IMG/VR virus record: IMGVR_UViG_3300042434_002493 | Span: 16,436 to 80,435 of that record | DNA length: 64,000 bases | Origin: a virus | Strand: one strand, 5' to 3' | Shown here: positions 1-9,830 of the stretch, piece by piece | How positions within the stretch are numbered: position 1 is the first letter of the stretch | Layout: each line of letters begins with the position of its first letter | Made by a program: the position numbers and the translations under genes | Notes under the pieces: model-generated | Databases searched by the model: none | Told to the model about the DNA's origin: nothing | The model's input: the letters and a program-made list of their open reading frames with translations, nothing else

Positions 1-3000
1 TACTTCACGCGCCCGGACATCGCCGCGTCCATGTGGGATCTCCTCGCCCATCACGGCCTCGCGCCGGACGCAAAGGTGCTTGAGCCCGCGTGCGGTTCGG
101 GCGTGTTTATGCAGACCGCCCCCGAGGGCGTGACCATGACCGCCGTGGAGATCGACCCCGAGGTGGCCCTGGTTGCGTCGAGCCTGCACGGAGCCCGGCA
201 CACGGTCCACGCCCAGAGCTTCGAGGAGTTCGCGGTGGCCCGCGAGCGAGGGGTGGGCGACCGCTTCGACGCGGTCATCACGAACGCGCCGTTCTGCACA
301 CGCACCGGCGACGGGGCCCGCATCCACAAGCCCGAGTACACGAGCGCCGACGCCTATTTCGTGGACACGGCGCTCGACCAGGTGAAGGAGGGCGGTCTCG
401 TTGCGATGATCGTCCACCGCGGCGTCATGTCGAACGACGGCATGCAGGAGTTCCGGCGCCGAATCGGAGATCGCGCCGAGCTGGTCGATGCGTTCCGGTT
501 GCCCGTCGAGGCGTTCAAGCACGCCGACACCACCGTCGTTTCCGACGTGATCATCCTGCGGAAGCGCCCCGAGGTGGTCGCGACCGCGCTCGCCCGCGGC
601 GGCGAGGAAGTCGGGCGAGCCCTCGGGGTGAACGACGAAGACCTCATCTACGGCCGCTGGTTCGACGACAAGCCCGACCGCGTCCTGGGGACGGTCGGCA
701 AGGACTGGCGCGGTTCGGATCTCGTCGAGGGCAGCGCCGACGCATGCGCGCCGCTCATCCGCGCCCGCGGGGTTGCATCGTGGGCGCACGGCCCGGCCGG
801 CAAGACGATCACGGCCGAGGAGATGGCCGCGCACTCCGACGAGCGCGTGCGCGCCGCCCTGGACGCCGCGAAGGCCGACGTCGCGATTCCGACGCCGGTG
901 CGCGGCAGCCAGACGGTGATCGCCGGGAAGACGTACATCCTCACCCCGGGCGAGAGCGGGGCCCTGCGCTGGCGCCGGCTCGACAGCATCGACGACGCAC
1001 GCGAACTGCTGCACAGCGGAGACGCGGCCCTCAAGAGTGCCGGGGATCTTGCGCTGCGGTACGGGGATCTGCGCTCCGCGATGGCCCGAGGCGACTACCT
1101 GCGGGCCCGTGGCATCCGCCGCAAGCTCCAGAAGGACCTGAACGCCTGGGTCGAGAACTACGGCGTGCCCGCCAGGCACCCCGAGATCAACGCGCTCGCC
1201 GGCCAGGACGCGAACATCGCGCACCTGGTCGCCGCGGTGAATCCCGACAAGACGATGGCCGACATCCTGACCTCGGACCCGGTCATCCCGCCCGCCGCCA
1301 CCGGCGACCGGGCGGTCCCGGCGACGAGCGTCAGCGAGGCCGCCAGCCACCTCGCCACCCACAATCCCGGCCAGCCGATCACGGTCGCCAAGCTCCGCGA
1401 AGCGTTCCCGAGCACGGCCGAGGACGATGAGATCGTCGCCGGCCTGGTGGAGAGCGGCGAGTACGTGGACGCCCGCGGGGCCTTCGGTGTCGAGAGCGAC
1501 GCGCCTGGTGTCTTGCACGCGGACGACTACGCGAGCGGGGATCTCTTCGCTCTGCGCGACCACGAGTTCGAGCAGGCCGCGAGCGAGGACGACGCGACCC
1601 GCCAGCGCGCCGAGGCCCGCCTTGCCCTCGTGCAACGCCACATCGACGAGCGGTGGCGTCCGCTCGACCAGGTCGAGGTCTCCGTCCGCAGCGGGTGGAT
1701 TCCGCCCCACGTCATCGAGGCGTGGCTCAACAGCCCCGACGTGATCGCCGACTGGCACAAGGCCAGTCAGTTCAAGGTCACGGAGGCCGGGGGCGTCTAC
1801 ACGGTCTCCTACTTCGACGAGGCCAAGGGCAAGCGCGTCAAGCACAGCGGAGAGCCGGACCACGTCCCCGCCCGCAACATCCTGCGCTACATGAACCGCC
1901 TACCCCTGCACGGAGAGCGAGCCCGCGACGAGGCCGAGGCTGAGGACGAGAAGTTCCGCTCGTGGCTCGCCTCTTCGGACCTCCGAGGGGACGTCGAGGA
2001 GATTTACAACCGCCGCTTCACCGGGCAGGTCCCGAGGCGTTTGAACAGCACGCCGATGAAGATCGACGGGTTGCAGAAGGAGTTGTGGCCCTACCACTAC
2101 GAACAGATCCGATGGAACACAGACCGCCGGGGCGGGATCGTCGCGATGGACGTCGGACTGGGCAAGACGTTCAACACCATCGCAACCGCGCGCCAGATGC
2201 GCGTCACAGGCCAGGCCCGCAAGGTGGCCGTCACCTGCCCGAAGTCGGTGATCATCAACTGGAGCAAGGAGATCGAGGACCTGCACCCGGGCGCGAAGGT
2301 CATGATCGTGGGGGCGACGAGCAAGGAGAAACCCAAGAAGACCTGGCGCGACCCCACCGTGCCCGAGTACGTGGCCGTCACCGACAACGACGAGACCTTG
2401 ACGAAGAAGCTCGCCGACATCGCCGCCAACGACTACGACCTCGTTCTCTTCACCTACGAAGCGCAGGCCCGCATCCCCGTCCGCGACGACAACGTCACGC
2501 GCTTCGAGGGCGATGATTTCTGGTCTCGACGAGCGTCGAAGTTGAGCGACAGCGAGGCCACGGTCGCCCAGTCCGCCGAGACCCGCCAGAAGAAGCTCGC
2601 CCAGGCGCTCGCCTCCTACCAAGCCGAGCGCGCCAAGCTCGGTTTCAACGTGAAGCAGTCCATCATCCACTGGGAGGATCTGGGCATCGACACGATGTTC
2701 GTGGACGAGGCCCACAACTTCGCCAACCTCGGGAGCCCGCGCTCCCGAGGAGGGCAGGTCAAGATGATGGGGAGCAGCTCCGACAACGTGAAGCGGGCTC
2801 ACGACCTGCAATTGAAGGCCGCTCTGGTGCGCGAGCGCCGCAAGCCCGACGAGACCGACGACGCCTACCAGCGCCGCATGGACGAGAACAAGGAGCAGGG
2901 CCTCGGCGTCAACGGCAACGGCGTCTTCATGCTGACCGCGACGCCTGCGAAGAACAGCCCGATGGACGTCTACCACCTCATGCTCCAGGCCACCCCGCAG

Positions 3001-4956
3001 GTCTGGCGCGAGGTCGGCGTGCGCAACCTCGAAGAGTTCATCGACCGCTACGTGGACATCGAGGAGCGGCCGATCATCAACACCGAGCAGAAGGCCGAGA
3101 TGGCGAACTGCGCGGTCGGATTCAAGAACCTCATCGAATTGCGCGCGGTCATGGAGCGCGGACTGAGGCGCCGCACCGCCAAAGAGGTCAACCTCAAGGT
3201 GCCGCAGACCGAGCGCGAGGAGCACCTCGTGGACATGACGCCGCAGCAGCACAAGGCGTTCCGCGACATCCGCGACGAGTTCGAGCGCCGCAAGCTCGAC
3301 AAGGACGAGCGGGTCGCCAATTCCGCGACCCTTTGGCTTCTGCACCAGCTCAACGCCGCCGGCACCGATCTGTCCCTACTCTCCGATGAGCACCCAGAGC
3401 ACGCGGGCGAGTGGCGGCACAGCCCGAAGTACCACGAGGCCGTGGGCACCATCGTGAAGAACCTCAAGAGCGGGCGTGGCGGCCAGGTCGTATTCATCGA
3501 CCGCAACGCCAGCCACACGCACATGAAGAATCTCCTGGTGGAGGCAGGCATCCCCGAGAGCGAAATCGAGATCCTGAACGCCACGACCGCGGCCGACGCG
3601 GACAAGCGGTACGCGGTCAGCGAACGCTTCAACCTGGGCAAGACCCGGGTCGTCATCGGGAACACCGGGACGATGGGCGAGGGCGTCAACCTCCAGAAGA
3701 ACACGAGCGATCTGCACCACCTCGACCTACCGTGGAGCCCCGGCAAGTACCACCAGCGCGAGGGCCGCGCCGTCCGACAAGGCAACAAGTACGGCAAGGT
3801 GCGGATTCACACCTACTTCTCGAAGCGCAGCTTCGACAGCTACCGCCACGCCATCTTGAGCGGCAAGCAGGGGTGGGTCTCGAACCTGTACAGCGGAGGC
3901 GATTACGCGGAGAACACCGAGGAGGGGGAGGACTTCAGCCCCGAAGAGTTGCAGATCATGTTGGCCGACGACCCCGACGAGGCCCGCAAGGTCTTCGAGG
4001 CGAACAAGGGGGCCCGCGTGGCCGCCCTCCAGGATGCGGCCCGCGCGAAGGCCATGCGCGACTGGCAGGGAGTCATCAAGCGCCGCAGCGCGCTGGCGAA
4101 GATGGCCGACAAGACCAGTCACGCGGCCCGGCGCCTCGAAGACACCATCCGCCTCGACACCGCGCGACTGAAGCGGGTGACGGAGTTGCCCAAGCCGCTG
4201 CGCGCCGCGCTCGACTCCGACCTCCCATGCGTCGCCGTGCCCACCACCGGGGCGATCATCAAGGTCGGCGACGTCATCCTCCCGAAGAACGGCAACGTGC
4301 TCGAAGACGCGCACGTCGTAACCGACGTGGACCCAGTCAAGGGCGCGGTCTCGATTCGACCGTTCGGCCGCAAGCGCCCCGCCTACTACGGCAAGCACAC
4401 TCTCACAGCGGCCGAATTGCCGGCCTACGTCCACCACGAGGGCCCGGAGACGGAGGCGGACGCTTACAGGCCGCAGGTCCGGGAGAAGCTCGCCGCTGCG
4501 GCGAAGTTCCCGACGCTGGCCGGGCACGACCTCGCAGAGATGCGAGACTGGCCGGAGGCGATCCGGCGCGAGTTCGAGCCCGAGGCCCGACAGATCGCCG
4601 CCGCCGCCGTCTCGCACGTCAACCCATACGGCCACGTTTTCGTGCGCCATGGCGACACAGTGAAGGCTGTCCGCGGCGACAGCCCGGAGGCCAAGAACGC
4701 CGCCCCCCTTCTACCGTGGGGCGAAGACCGCGAGGCCATCCTGCGGGGCCTGGTGACTCACCTGCGCACCGAGGGCAAGAAGCAGGTGGTCACGCAGGGC
4801 AAGCGCGGCTCCATGAATTACACCGGGCGCTACGAGTACCAGCCGAGCTACGAATGGAAAAATGCTCACGCCCGCGTCGTCGGCGGGCGGGGAGACGACT
4901 ACGGGCTTGAGCAGGAGGCCATCAGGCGCATCCACCAGGAGGACCAGGCGAAATGA
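1..4956 (+). CDS. DarB-like N6-adenine DNA methyltransferase fused to an SNF2/SF2 helicase (5'-truncated by the window edge)
   Basis: Frame is open from base 1 (YFTRPDIAASMW). MTase motifs: YFT, VLEPACGSG (motif I), ITNAPF (motif IV variant). Helicase motifs: MDVGLGKT, FVDEAH, LTATPAKN, GEGVNLQ, QREGRAVRQGN. Same architecture as phage P1 DarB. Confidence 0.9.
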   Translation, partial: YFTRPDIAASMWDLLAHHGLAPDAKVLEPACGSGVFMQTAPEGVTMTAVEIDPEVALVASSLHGARHTVHAQSFEEFAVARERGVGDRFDAVITNAPFCTRTGDGARIHKPEYTSADAYFVDTALDQVKEGGLVAMIVHRGVMSNDGMQEFRRRIGDRAELVDAFRLPVEAFKHADTTVVSDVIILRKRPEVVATALARGGEEVGRALGVNDEDLIYGRWFDDKPDRVLGTVGKDWRGSDLVEGSADACAPLIRARGVASWAHGPAGKTITAEEMAAHSDERVRAALDAAKADVAIPTPVRGSQTVIAGKTYILTPGESGALRWRRLDSIDDARELLHSGDAALKSAGDLALRYGDLRSAMARGDYLRARGIRRKLQKDLNAWVENYGVPARHPEINALAGQDANIAHLVAAVNPDKTMADILTSDPVIPPAATGDRAVPATSVSEAASHLATHNPGQPITVAKLREAFPSTAEDDEIVAGLVESGEYVDARGAFGVESDAPGVLHADDYASGDLFALRDHEFEQAASEDDATRQRAEARLALVQRHIDERWRPLDQVEVSVRSGWIPPHVIEAWLNSPDVIADWHKASQFKVTEAGGVYTVSYFDEAKGKRVKHSGEPDHVPARNILRYMNRLPLHGERARDEAEAEDEKFRSWLASSDLRGDVEEIYNRRFTGQVPRRLNSTPMKIDGLQKELWPYHYEQIRWNTDRRGGIVAMDVGLGKTFNTIATARQMRVTGQARKVAVTCPKSVIINWSKEIEDLHPGAKVMIVGATSKEKPKKTWRDPTVPEYVAVTDNDETLTKKLADIAANDYDLVLFTYEAQARIPVRDDNVTRFEGDDFWSRRASKLSDSEATVAQSAETRQKKLAQALASYQAERAKLGFNVKQSIIHWEDLGIDTMFVDEAHNFANLGSPRSRGGQVKMMGSSSDNVKRAHDLQLKAALVRERRKPDETDDAYQRRMDENKEQGLGVNGNGVFMLTATPAKNSPMDVYHLMLQATPQVWREVGVRNLEEFIDRYVDIEERPIINTEQKAEMANCAVGFKNLIELRAVMERGLRRRTAKEVNLKVPQTEREEHLVDMTPQQHKAFRDIRDEFERRKLDKDERVANSATLWLLHQLNAAGTDLSLLSDEHPEHAGEWRHSPKYHEAVGTIVKNLKSGRGGQVVFIDRNASHTHMKNLLVEAGIPESEIEILNATTAADADKRYAVSERFNLGKTRVVIGNTGTMGEGVNLQKNTSDLHHLDLPWSPGKYHQREGRAVRQGNKYGKVRIHTYFSKRSFDSYRHAILSGKQGWVSNLYSGGDYAENTEEGEDFSPEELQIMLADDPDEARKVFEANKGARVAALQDAARAKAMRDWQGVIKRRSALAKMADKTSHAARRLEDTIRLDTARLKRVTELPKPLRAALDSDLPCVAVPTTGAIIKVGDVILPKNGNVLEDAHVVTDVDPVKGAVSIRPFGRKRPAYYGKHTLTAAELPAYVHHEGPETEADAYRPQVREKLAAAAKFPTLAGHDLAEMRDWPEAIRREFEPEARQIAAAAVSHVNPYGHVFVRHGDTVKAVRGDSPEAKNAAPLLPWGEDREAILRGLVTHLRTEGKKQVVTQGKRGSMNYTGRYEYQPSYEWKNAHARVVGGRGDDYGLEQEAIRRIHQEDQAK

Positions 4957-5273
4957 CCCCCACGAAGGAGTCCGCGACCATCCTGGTGCAGATGCTTCAG
5001 ACGCACCCGGCCTACTACCTGAACTTCGGGCCCTACTGGTGGATCGTGAAGCGGTGGTTGCTGCGCCTGGGGTTTACGCGCGCCAACACCCGCCACCTGG
5101 GAACGTACACGGACCCGCAGGCCCGCGCCTGGTACACCGACCGGCCGTTTCTCAGCGCCATCGAGCAGGCGTTCGCCTACCAGGCCGAGCGCGCCCAGAA
5201 CTGCCCCGGCTCGCCGTTCTGCCAGACGCCAGACGGTGAGGACTACATCCTGGAAGACCAGGACGCCGAATGA
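4953..5273 (+). CDS. Hypothetical protein (106 aa, FGPYWW motif)
   Basis: ATGA overlaps with both neighbouring genes; GC3-rich codon usage. Confidence 0.75.
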   Translation: MTPTKESATILVQMLQTHPAYYLNFGPYWWIVKRWLLRLGFTRANTRHLGTYTDPQARAWYTDRPFLSAIEQAFAYQAERAQNCPGSPFCQTPDGEDYILEDQDAE

Positions 5274-8200
5274 ACCCCGCCGCCCTGTTGCTCCAGCTCC
5301 AAGCCAACCGGGAAGCCGGCAAGGCCATCGACCGCAGCGACACCGCGACCGCATCCCTGCTTCCCGCGCTGGACGCCGCCGGTGACATCGACCACGGCGG
5401 GCGGCTCCACGCCGAGATGCGAACGGACAAGCGCGGGCGGACCCAGCATCGGCACGTCCGATGGGAGGAATTGAAGGGCGAAGACCTGGTTCACCAGGGC
5501 TACGTCAAGGCAGGCAGCCCCGCCGCGTTCGAGGCCCTGGGGGGGGACGAGTTCGCCGATCCGTCATGCGCGCGGTGCGGGGCACGGATCAAGCACGCCT
5601 ACCTGACCAACCACGGGCCCCTGGGGGGCGACTGCCTGGCGACGTTGACTGGCGACGACAGTTCGCGCGCCGCGGCGCGCCGGTTCGTGGAGAAGCTCGA
5701 CAAGGCGCAGGACAGCGCCCACCGGAGCAAGCGTACCCTGGCCGTTCTGACACTCAGCTTCGACCAGCACGCCGGCCAGATTCGTGCCGACTTCCAGCTC
5801 ACCAACGGCCGCCCGTGGTACGGCGCCGCTGGTGACGCTCGCCACGCGGTCATGTTCCACGCCGCCGCTTCCCAGTGGGCCGAGGCCCGAGGCTTGGAGG
5901 TGGACGAGCATCTCTCCGGGGACGAGAGCGCGCTCGCCGCCGCCAAGCGCATCGCCAGGGAGCGCCGGGCCGAGTTACAGGCCCGTGCCACCAGCAAGGC
6001 CGAGCAGGAAGTAGCCCGCATCCGCAGCGAGTCCCTCCGCCGCCTAGACGGCGTCCTGGCATTCCTGAAAGCGCCGCAGAACTACCGCCGGGCGCCCGTC
6101 GAAGCCGACTGGTTTTTCGGGCCCCTGAAAGCCCAGGCGGCAGACGCGATCCGAGAGCAGGTTGGCTTCCGCGTTCGCAGGTTCCGCAACAGTCGCGGCG
6201 ACGAACTGACGGAGGTGTCCGCGCGTCAACAGGGGCGCGGCCCCATCGTCGGCATGTTCCCGCCCGACGACTACGACGACCTCATCGACCGAATCCAGAG
6301 CGCAGGCTTTGAGGTGGAGAGCCAGGAAGCCGCCAAGGCCCTGCCGCTCGACCCCCCGCCGCAGGTCCGCCGGCCGCAGGAGCACCACCACCACGGCAGC
6401 GTGAAGGTGCCGGGTCTGCCGACGGTGGACGTCGAGACGCCCGAGGGCACCGTGCGCCGGGGAAAGGGCAAGGACGGGGAGCCGTGGGCCGTGCTCATGC
6501 CCGCGCACTACGGCGAGTTTCGCGGCACGCTGGGCGTGGACGGCGACGCCGTGGACGTGTTCGTGGGCCCCGAGCGCGACGCGCCGACCGCGTGGGTCAT
6601 CCGCGCGAAGGACCCGACGACAGGACGCTACGACGAGGACAAGGTCATGGTGGGGTTCGCCACCCGCACCGAGGCCATTCGCACCTTCCGCGCCTCGTAC
6701 AACGTGCGCGGCGTGCTGGGCGAGGTCACGGGCGTCCCGGTCGCCCGTCTTGGGGCGCTCCTCGCCGATGCGAGGCACCGCGGTCTCCCGCTCAACATGC
6801 ACAAGGCCGAGAGCCGCGAGCCGCCGCCGGCCGGGCCCGACTCTTCCCTGGACGACGCCTGGCGACGCCTGGAGCATGTCCGCCAGCAGATCGCCGAGCT
6901 GGCCGACACGCACGAGGGGGGGAAAGCCATCGACAAGAAGGACACCGCCACCACGAGCATGTTCGACCTCATGGGCGTGGGCGATCCGAGCCACGCCGGC
7001 CGACTTCACGAGGAGACCCGGACGGACGCGACCGGGCGCACCCAGAAGCGGTGGATCGCGTCGCAAGAGGCGGAGCCCGAAGGCACCATCCGGCATGGCG
7101 ACCTTGTTTCGCGCCCCGCCACGGTGCGAAGTGAGCACGGCGAAATGATGGGCGGTTCTGGCAACGCCTACACCCCAGACGGCGAGGCGTTGATCGCGCT
7201 CCCGCAACCGGGATTCGTGATCGGTGACGTGGAGATCGACGCAGCGCACCGTGGAAAGGGCCACGGACAGGCCCTCTATCTCCGGGCGATGGCCGAGCAC
7301 GGGAGGCTCTACTCCTCGTGGCCAGTGAGTAAGGATGCGTTTCGCGTTCACGACGCCCTCGTCCGCAAGGGTCTGGCCACGCGCCGCAACGTCGAGACCG
7401 ACGGCACCACGTTCACCGTTCTGGAGCCGACTGGGCAAGCCACGACGCCGCCCGAGGGTCTGGTGCAGATCGGCGAGCGAGCGCCCCGCGGGCGCGCGCC
7501 GACGCCCACGACCCCAGGCATGCGCGCCCAGGGCCGTCTCGACGGACTGGGCCACGAGCCGAGCCCGCCGCCGGCTCACCCCGAGCCGTCTCTGCGCGAC
7601 TACGACACGATCCTGGTGAACAGCTCCGCCGGCAAAGACAGCCAGGCGATGCTCGACTACGTCGTCGCGAAGGCGCGCGCCGAGGGTGTGCTCGACCGCG
7701 TCGTCGTCGTGCATGCCGATCTGGGCAGGGTCGAATGGGAAGGCACACGCGAGCTGGCCGAGGCGCAGGCCAAGCACTACGGACTGCGCTTCGAGGTGGT
7801 GACGAAGACCAAGGGCGACCTCATCGAGCAGATCGACCAGCGCGCCGTGGACCTTCAGCAGCGCAGTCACGACGCGGCCACCCTCGCCGCGGCCGGGTTT
7901 CGCACTTGGGGCGATCTGGCGGGGGCGAGCGCCGAGACACTGGCCGGGCTGATCGGCAAGGCCCAGGCGGACGCAGCGCAGCCGACCGAGGAGCGAGCTG
8001 CCAAGCTCAAGCAGGCCGCAGAGCGCAAGCTCAAGGGCGGCAAGGCCGCGACAGACCCGGTGGACTTCGGCAAGGAGATCGCGTGGCCGTCGAGCGCGTC
8101 GCGCTACTGCACCTCCGACCACAAGCGCGGTCCCATCCGCACGCTCATGACGCGCCTGACCAGCGAGTTCGACCGCAAGGGCGCGCCGGTGCGCATCCTG

Positions 8201-9799
8201 AACTGTATGGGCCTGCGGGGCGACGAGAGCAGCAACCGCGCCAAGATGCCGACGTTCGAGCACGACGACGCGGCGAGCAACGGCAAGCGTCATGTGGACG
8301 AGTGGTTGCCGATCCACCACTGGAATGAGGGCGACGTCTGGCGCCGCATCCGCGACGCCGGCACCCCCTACCACGGCGCCTACGACCTCGGGATGCGCCG
8401 GCTTTCGTGCGTGTTCTGCGTGTTTGCCACCCGCGACGACCTGAAGATCGCCGCCCACGCCAACCCGGCCCTGTTCCGCGAGTATGTCGCCCTGGAGCGC
8501 CGCGTGGGGCACAAGTTCCGGGCGGACCTCGCGCTGGCCGAACTGCACGACGCGATGGCCGCGGACGACGACCGCACCGAGGCATCGAAGGCCGCCGAGC
8601 AGATGCGCCTCTTCGGTGACCCGACCCACGGCGGCCACCTGCACGTCGAGGTCCGCACCGACAAGAGCGGCCGCACCGAGCGCCGCCACGTCCGCACCGG
8701 CTCGTTGCACACCGAGATGGGCCACGCGGGGGCGCCCGCGCCAGGCGAGCGCGGGCACATCACCCTCACGCCCGAGCGAGCCGAAGCCGAGCGCCGGGCC
8801 GGCAACATCATGGAGCACGTCGGGCGCATCTTCGACGGGGGCGAGGTACACCTCATCGAGGGCGCCATGCACGACGCCGGGCACACCCGAGAGTGGGCGC
8901 CGGACGAGAGCGGGGACGAAACTCCGTTGACCATTCGAGACGACGAGCTGCCCGGTCTGCTTGGGATGCCCGAGTGGAGCCCGGAGGACGCCGCCGACGC
9001 TGTTGCTCTGGTTGCCGATTCAACCGCGCACGGTGGGGTCATGCCCGGCGCCGTCGTGCGCGAGGTATTGGCGGACGCCATCGCGCCGGCCGGCAAGCTG
9101 CGACTCGTCAACGTGTCGCTCGACGAGGCCCGCGACTTTGTCGCCAAGCACCACAGCCAGATGCCCGAGATGAACCCCCGCGGGCTGATCTACGCCGTGG
9201 GGTGCATGAAGGGCGGGCGCCTGGTGGCCGTCGCGACCGCCGGCACGCCGACCGGGCGATGGGGCAACGGGCGGGTGGACCCGCGCAACATTCTGGAGCT
9301 GACCCGCATCGCGTCCGACGGCACCACGAAGGGGGCGTCGTCGAAGCTCGCCGCGCGCATGATTGACCTCCTCGACCGCTCCAAGCGGGGCGACGCCGAT
9401 GCCCCCGCGCTGTTCGTGACATACAGCCTGGGGACCGAGGACGGCACGACCTACCGCGCGCTGCGAGAGAAAGGTCTGCGACCCGTGGCGCTGGTCCACG
9501 GCAAGGCCGCCGGTGGGGGCGGGGCCCGGTCAGGCAACCGCCTGGGATACGCCGAGCCCGACAAGATCCGATGGGAGGCCGGCGCCGCGGCAGGCCCGGC
9601 CCGCTGGGATCTGCTCGAAGGCGCGAAGGCCGGACCCATCGCCAACGCCCCCGGCACTGATCCGCTACTTCCGCCCGACGAGGCTGCCAAGAGCTTCGGC
9701 GTCGTCGTCGCGTTCAAGGCCATCGACGAGGCAGATCGGGCAATGGCCCGAGGTACTGCTCCAGGTCGCCCTGCGGTTCAAGTAGCCGCGGGCGATTGA
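5270..9799 (+). CDS. Multidomain virion-cargo protein (1509 aa): Zn-finger, inorganic-pyrophosphatase-like, GNAT, PAPS-reductase-family and Mom/XF1762-like acetyltransferase domains
   Basis: CARC..H..GGDC (~5570-5640). HYGEFRGTLGVDGDAVDVFVGP..YDEDKVMVGF (~6390-6780). DVEIDAAHRGKGHGQALY (~7210-7400). NSSAGKDS, RYCTSDHK, GLRGDES, RLSCVFC (~7590-8560). SLDEARDFVAKHH, LELTRIASDG, VTYSLGTEDG (~9100-9610). Confidence 0.85.
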   Translation: MNPAALLLQLQANREAGKAIDRSDTATASLLPALDAAGDIDHGGRLHAEMRTDKRGRTQHRHVRWEELKGEDLVHQGYVKAGSPAAFEALGGDEFADPSCARCGARIKHAYLTNHGPLGGDCLATLTGDDSSRAAARRFVEKLDKAQDSAHRSKRTLAVLTLSFDQHAGQIRADFQLTNGRPWYGAAGDARHAVMFHAAASQWAEARGLEVDEHLSGDESALAAAKRIARERRAELQARATSKAEQEVARIRSESLRRLDGVLAFLKAPQNYRRAPVEADWFFGPLKAQAADAIREQVGFRVRRFRNSRGDELTEVSARQQGRGPIVGMFPPDDYDDLIDRIQSAGFEVESQEAAKALPLDPPPQVRRPQEHHHHGSVKVPGLPTVDVETPEGTVRRGKGKDGEPWAVLMPAHYGEFRGTLGVDGDAVDVFVGPERDAPTAWVIRAKDPTTGRYDEDKVMVGFATRTEAIRTFRASYNVRGVLGEVTGVPVARLGALLADARHRGLPLNMHKAESREPPPAGPDSSLDDAWRRLEHVRQQIAELADTHEGGKAIDKKDTATTSMFDLMGVGDPSHAGRLHEETRTDATGRTQKRWIASQEAEPEGTIRHGDLVSRPATVRSEHGEMMGGSGNAYTPDGEALIALPQPGFVIGDVEIDAAHRGKGHGQALYLRAMAEHGRLYSSWPVSKDAFRVHDALVRKGLATRRNVETDGTTFTVLEPTGQATTPPEGLVQIGERAPRGRAPTPTTPGMRAQGRLDGLGHEPSPPPAHPEPSLRDYDTILVNSSAGKDSQAMLDYVVAKARAEGVLDRVVVVHADLGRVEWEGTRELAEAQAKHYGLRFEVVTKTKGDLIEQIDQRAVDLQQRSHDAATLAAAGFRTWGDLAGASAETLAGLIGKAQADAAQPTEERAAKLKQAAERKLKGGKAATDPVDFGKEIAWPSSASRYCTSDHKRGPIRTLMTRLTSEFDRKGAPVRILNCMGLRGDESSNRAKMPTFEHDDAASNGKRHVDEWLPIHHWNEGDVWRRIRDAGTPYHGAYDLGMRRLSCVFCVFATRDDLKIAAHANPALFREYVALERRVGHKFRADLALAELHDAMAADDDRTEASKAAEQMRLFGDPTHGGHLHVEVRTDKSGRTERRHVRTGSLHTEMGHAGAPAPGERGHITLTPERAEAERRAGNIMEHVGRIFDGGEVHLIEGAMHDAGHTREWAPDESGDETPLTIRDDELPGLLGMPEWSPEDAADAVALVADSTAHGGVMPGAVVREVLADAIAPAGKLRLVNVSLDEARDFVAKHHSQMPEMNPRGLIYAVGCMKGGRLVAVATAGTPTGRWGNGRVDPRNILELTRIASDGTTKGASSKLAARMIDLLDRSKRGDADAPALFVTYSLGTEDGTTYRALREKGLRPVALVHGKAAGGGGARSGNRLGYAEPDKIRWEAGAAAGPARWDLLEGAKAGPIANAPGTDPLLPPDEAAKSFGVVVAFKAIDEADRAMARGTAPGRPAVQVAAGD

Positions 9800-9824
9800 G
9801 CCGCGGCGCGGCGCAGGGTACAAC
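9796..9824 (+). promoter_or_regulatory. Possible sigma70-type promoter for a leaderless transcript of the 2831-aa gene
   Basis: TTGAGC (9796-9801), 17-nt spacer, TACAAC (9819-9824), then 6 nt to ATG 9831. No Shine-Dalgarno sequence. The -10 box is imperfect. Confidence 0.35.
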
Positions 9825-9830
9825 GGCCGC

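Noticed and set aside
7590-8560. Auxiliary sulfate-assimilation gene cysH, or a complete Dnd system
   Set aside because: It is a domain embedded in a cargo protein, and no other cys or dnd genes are present.
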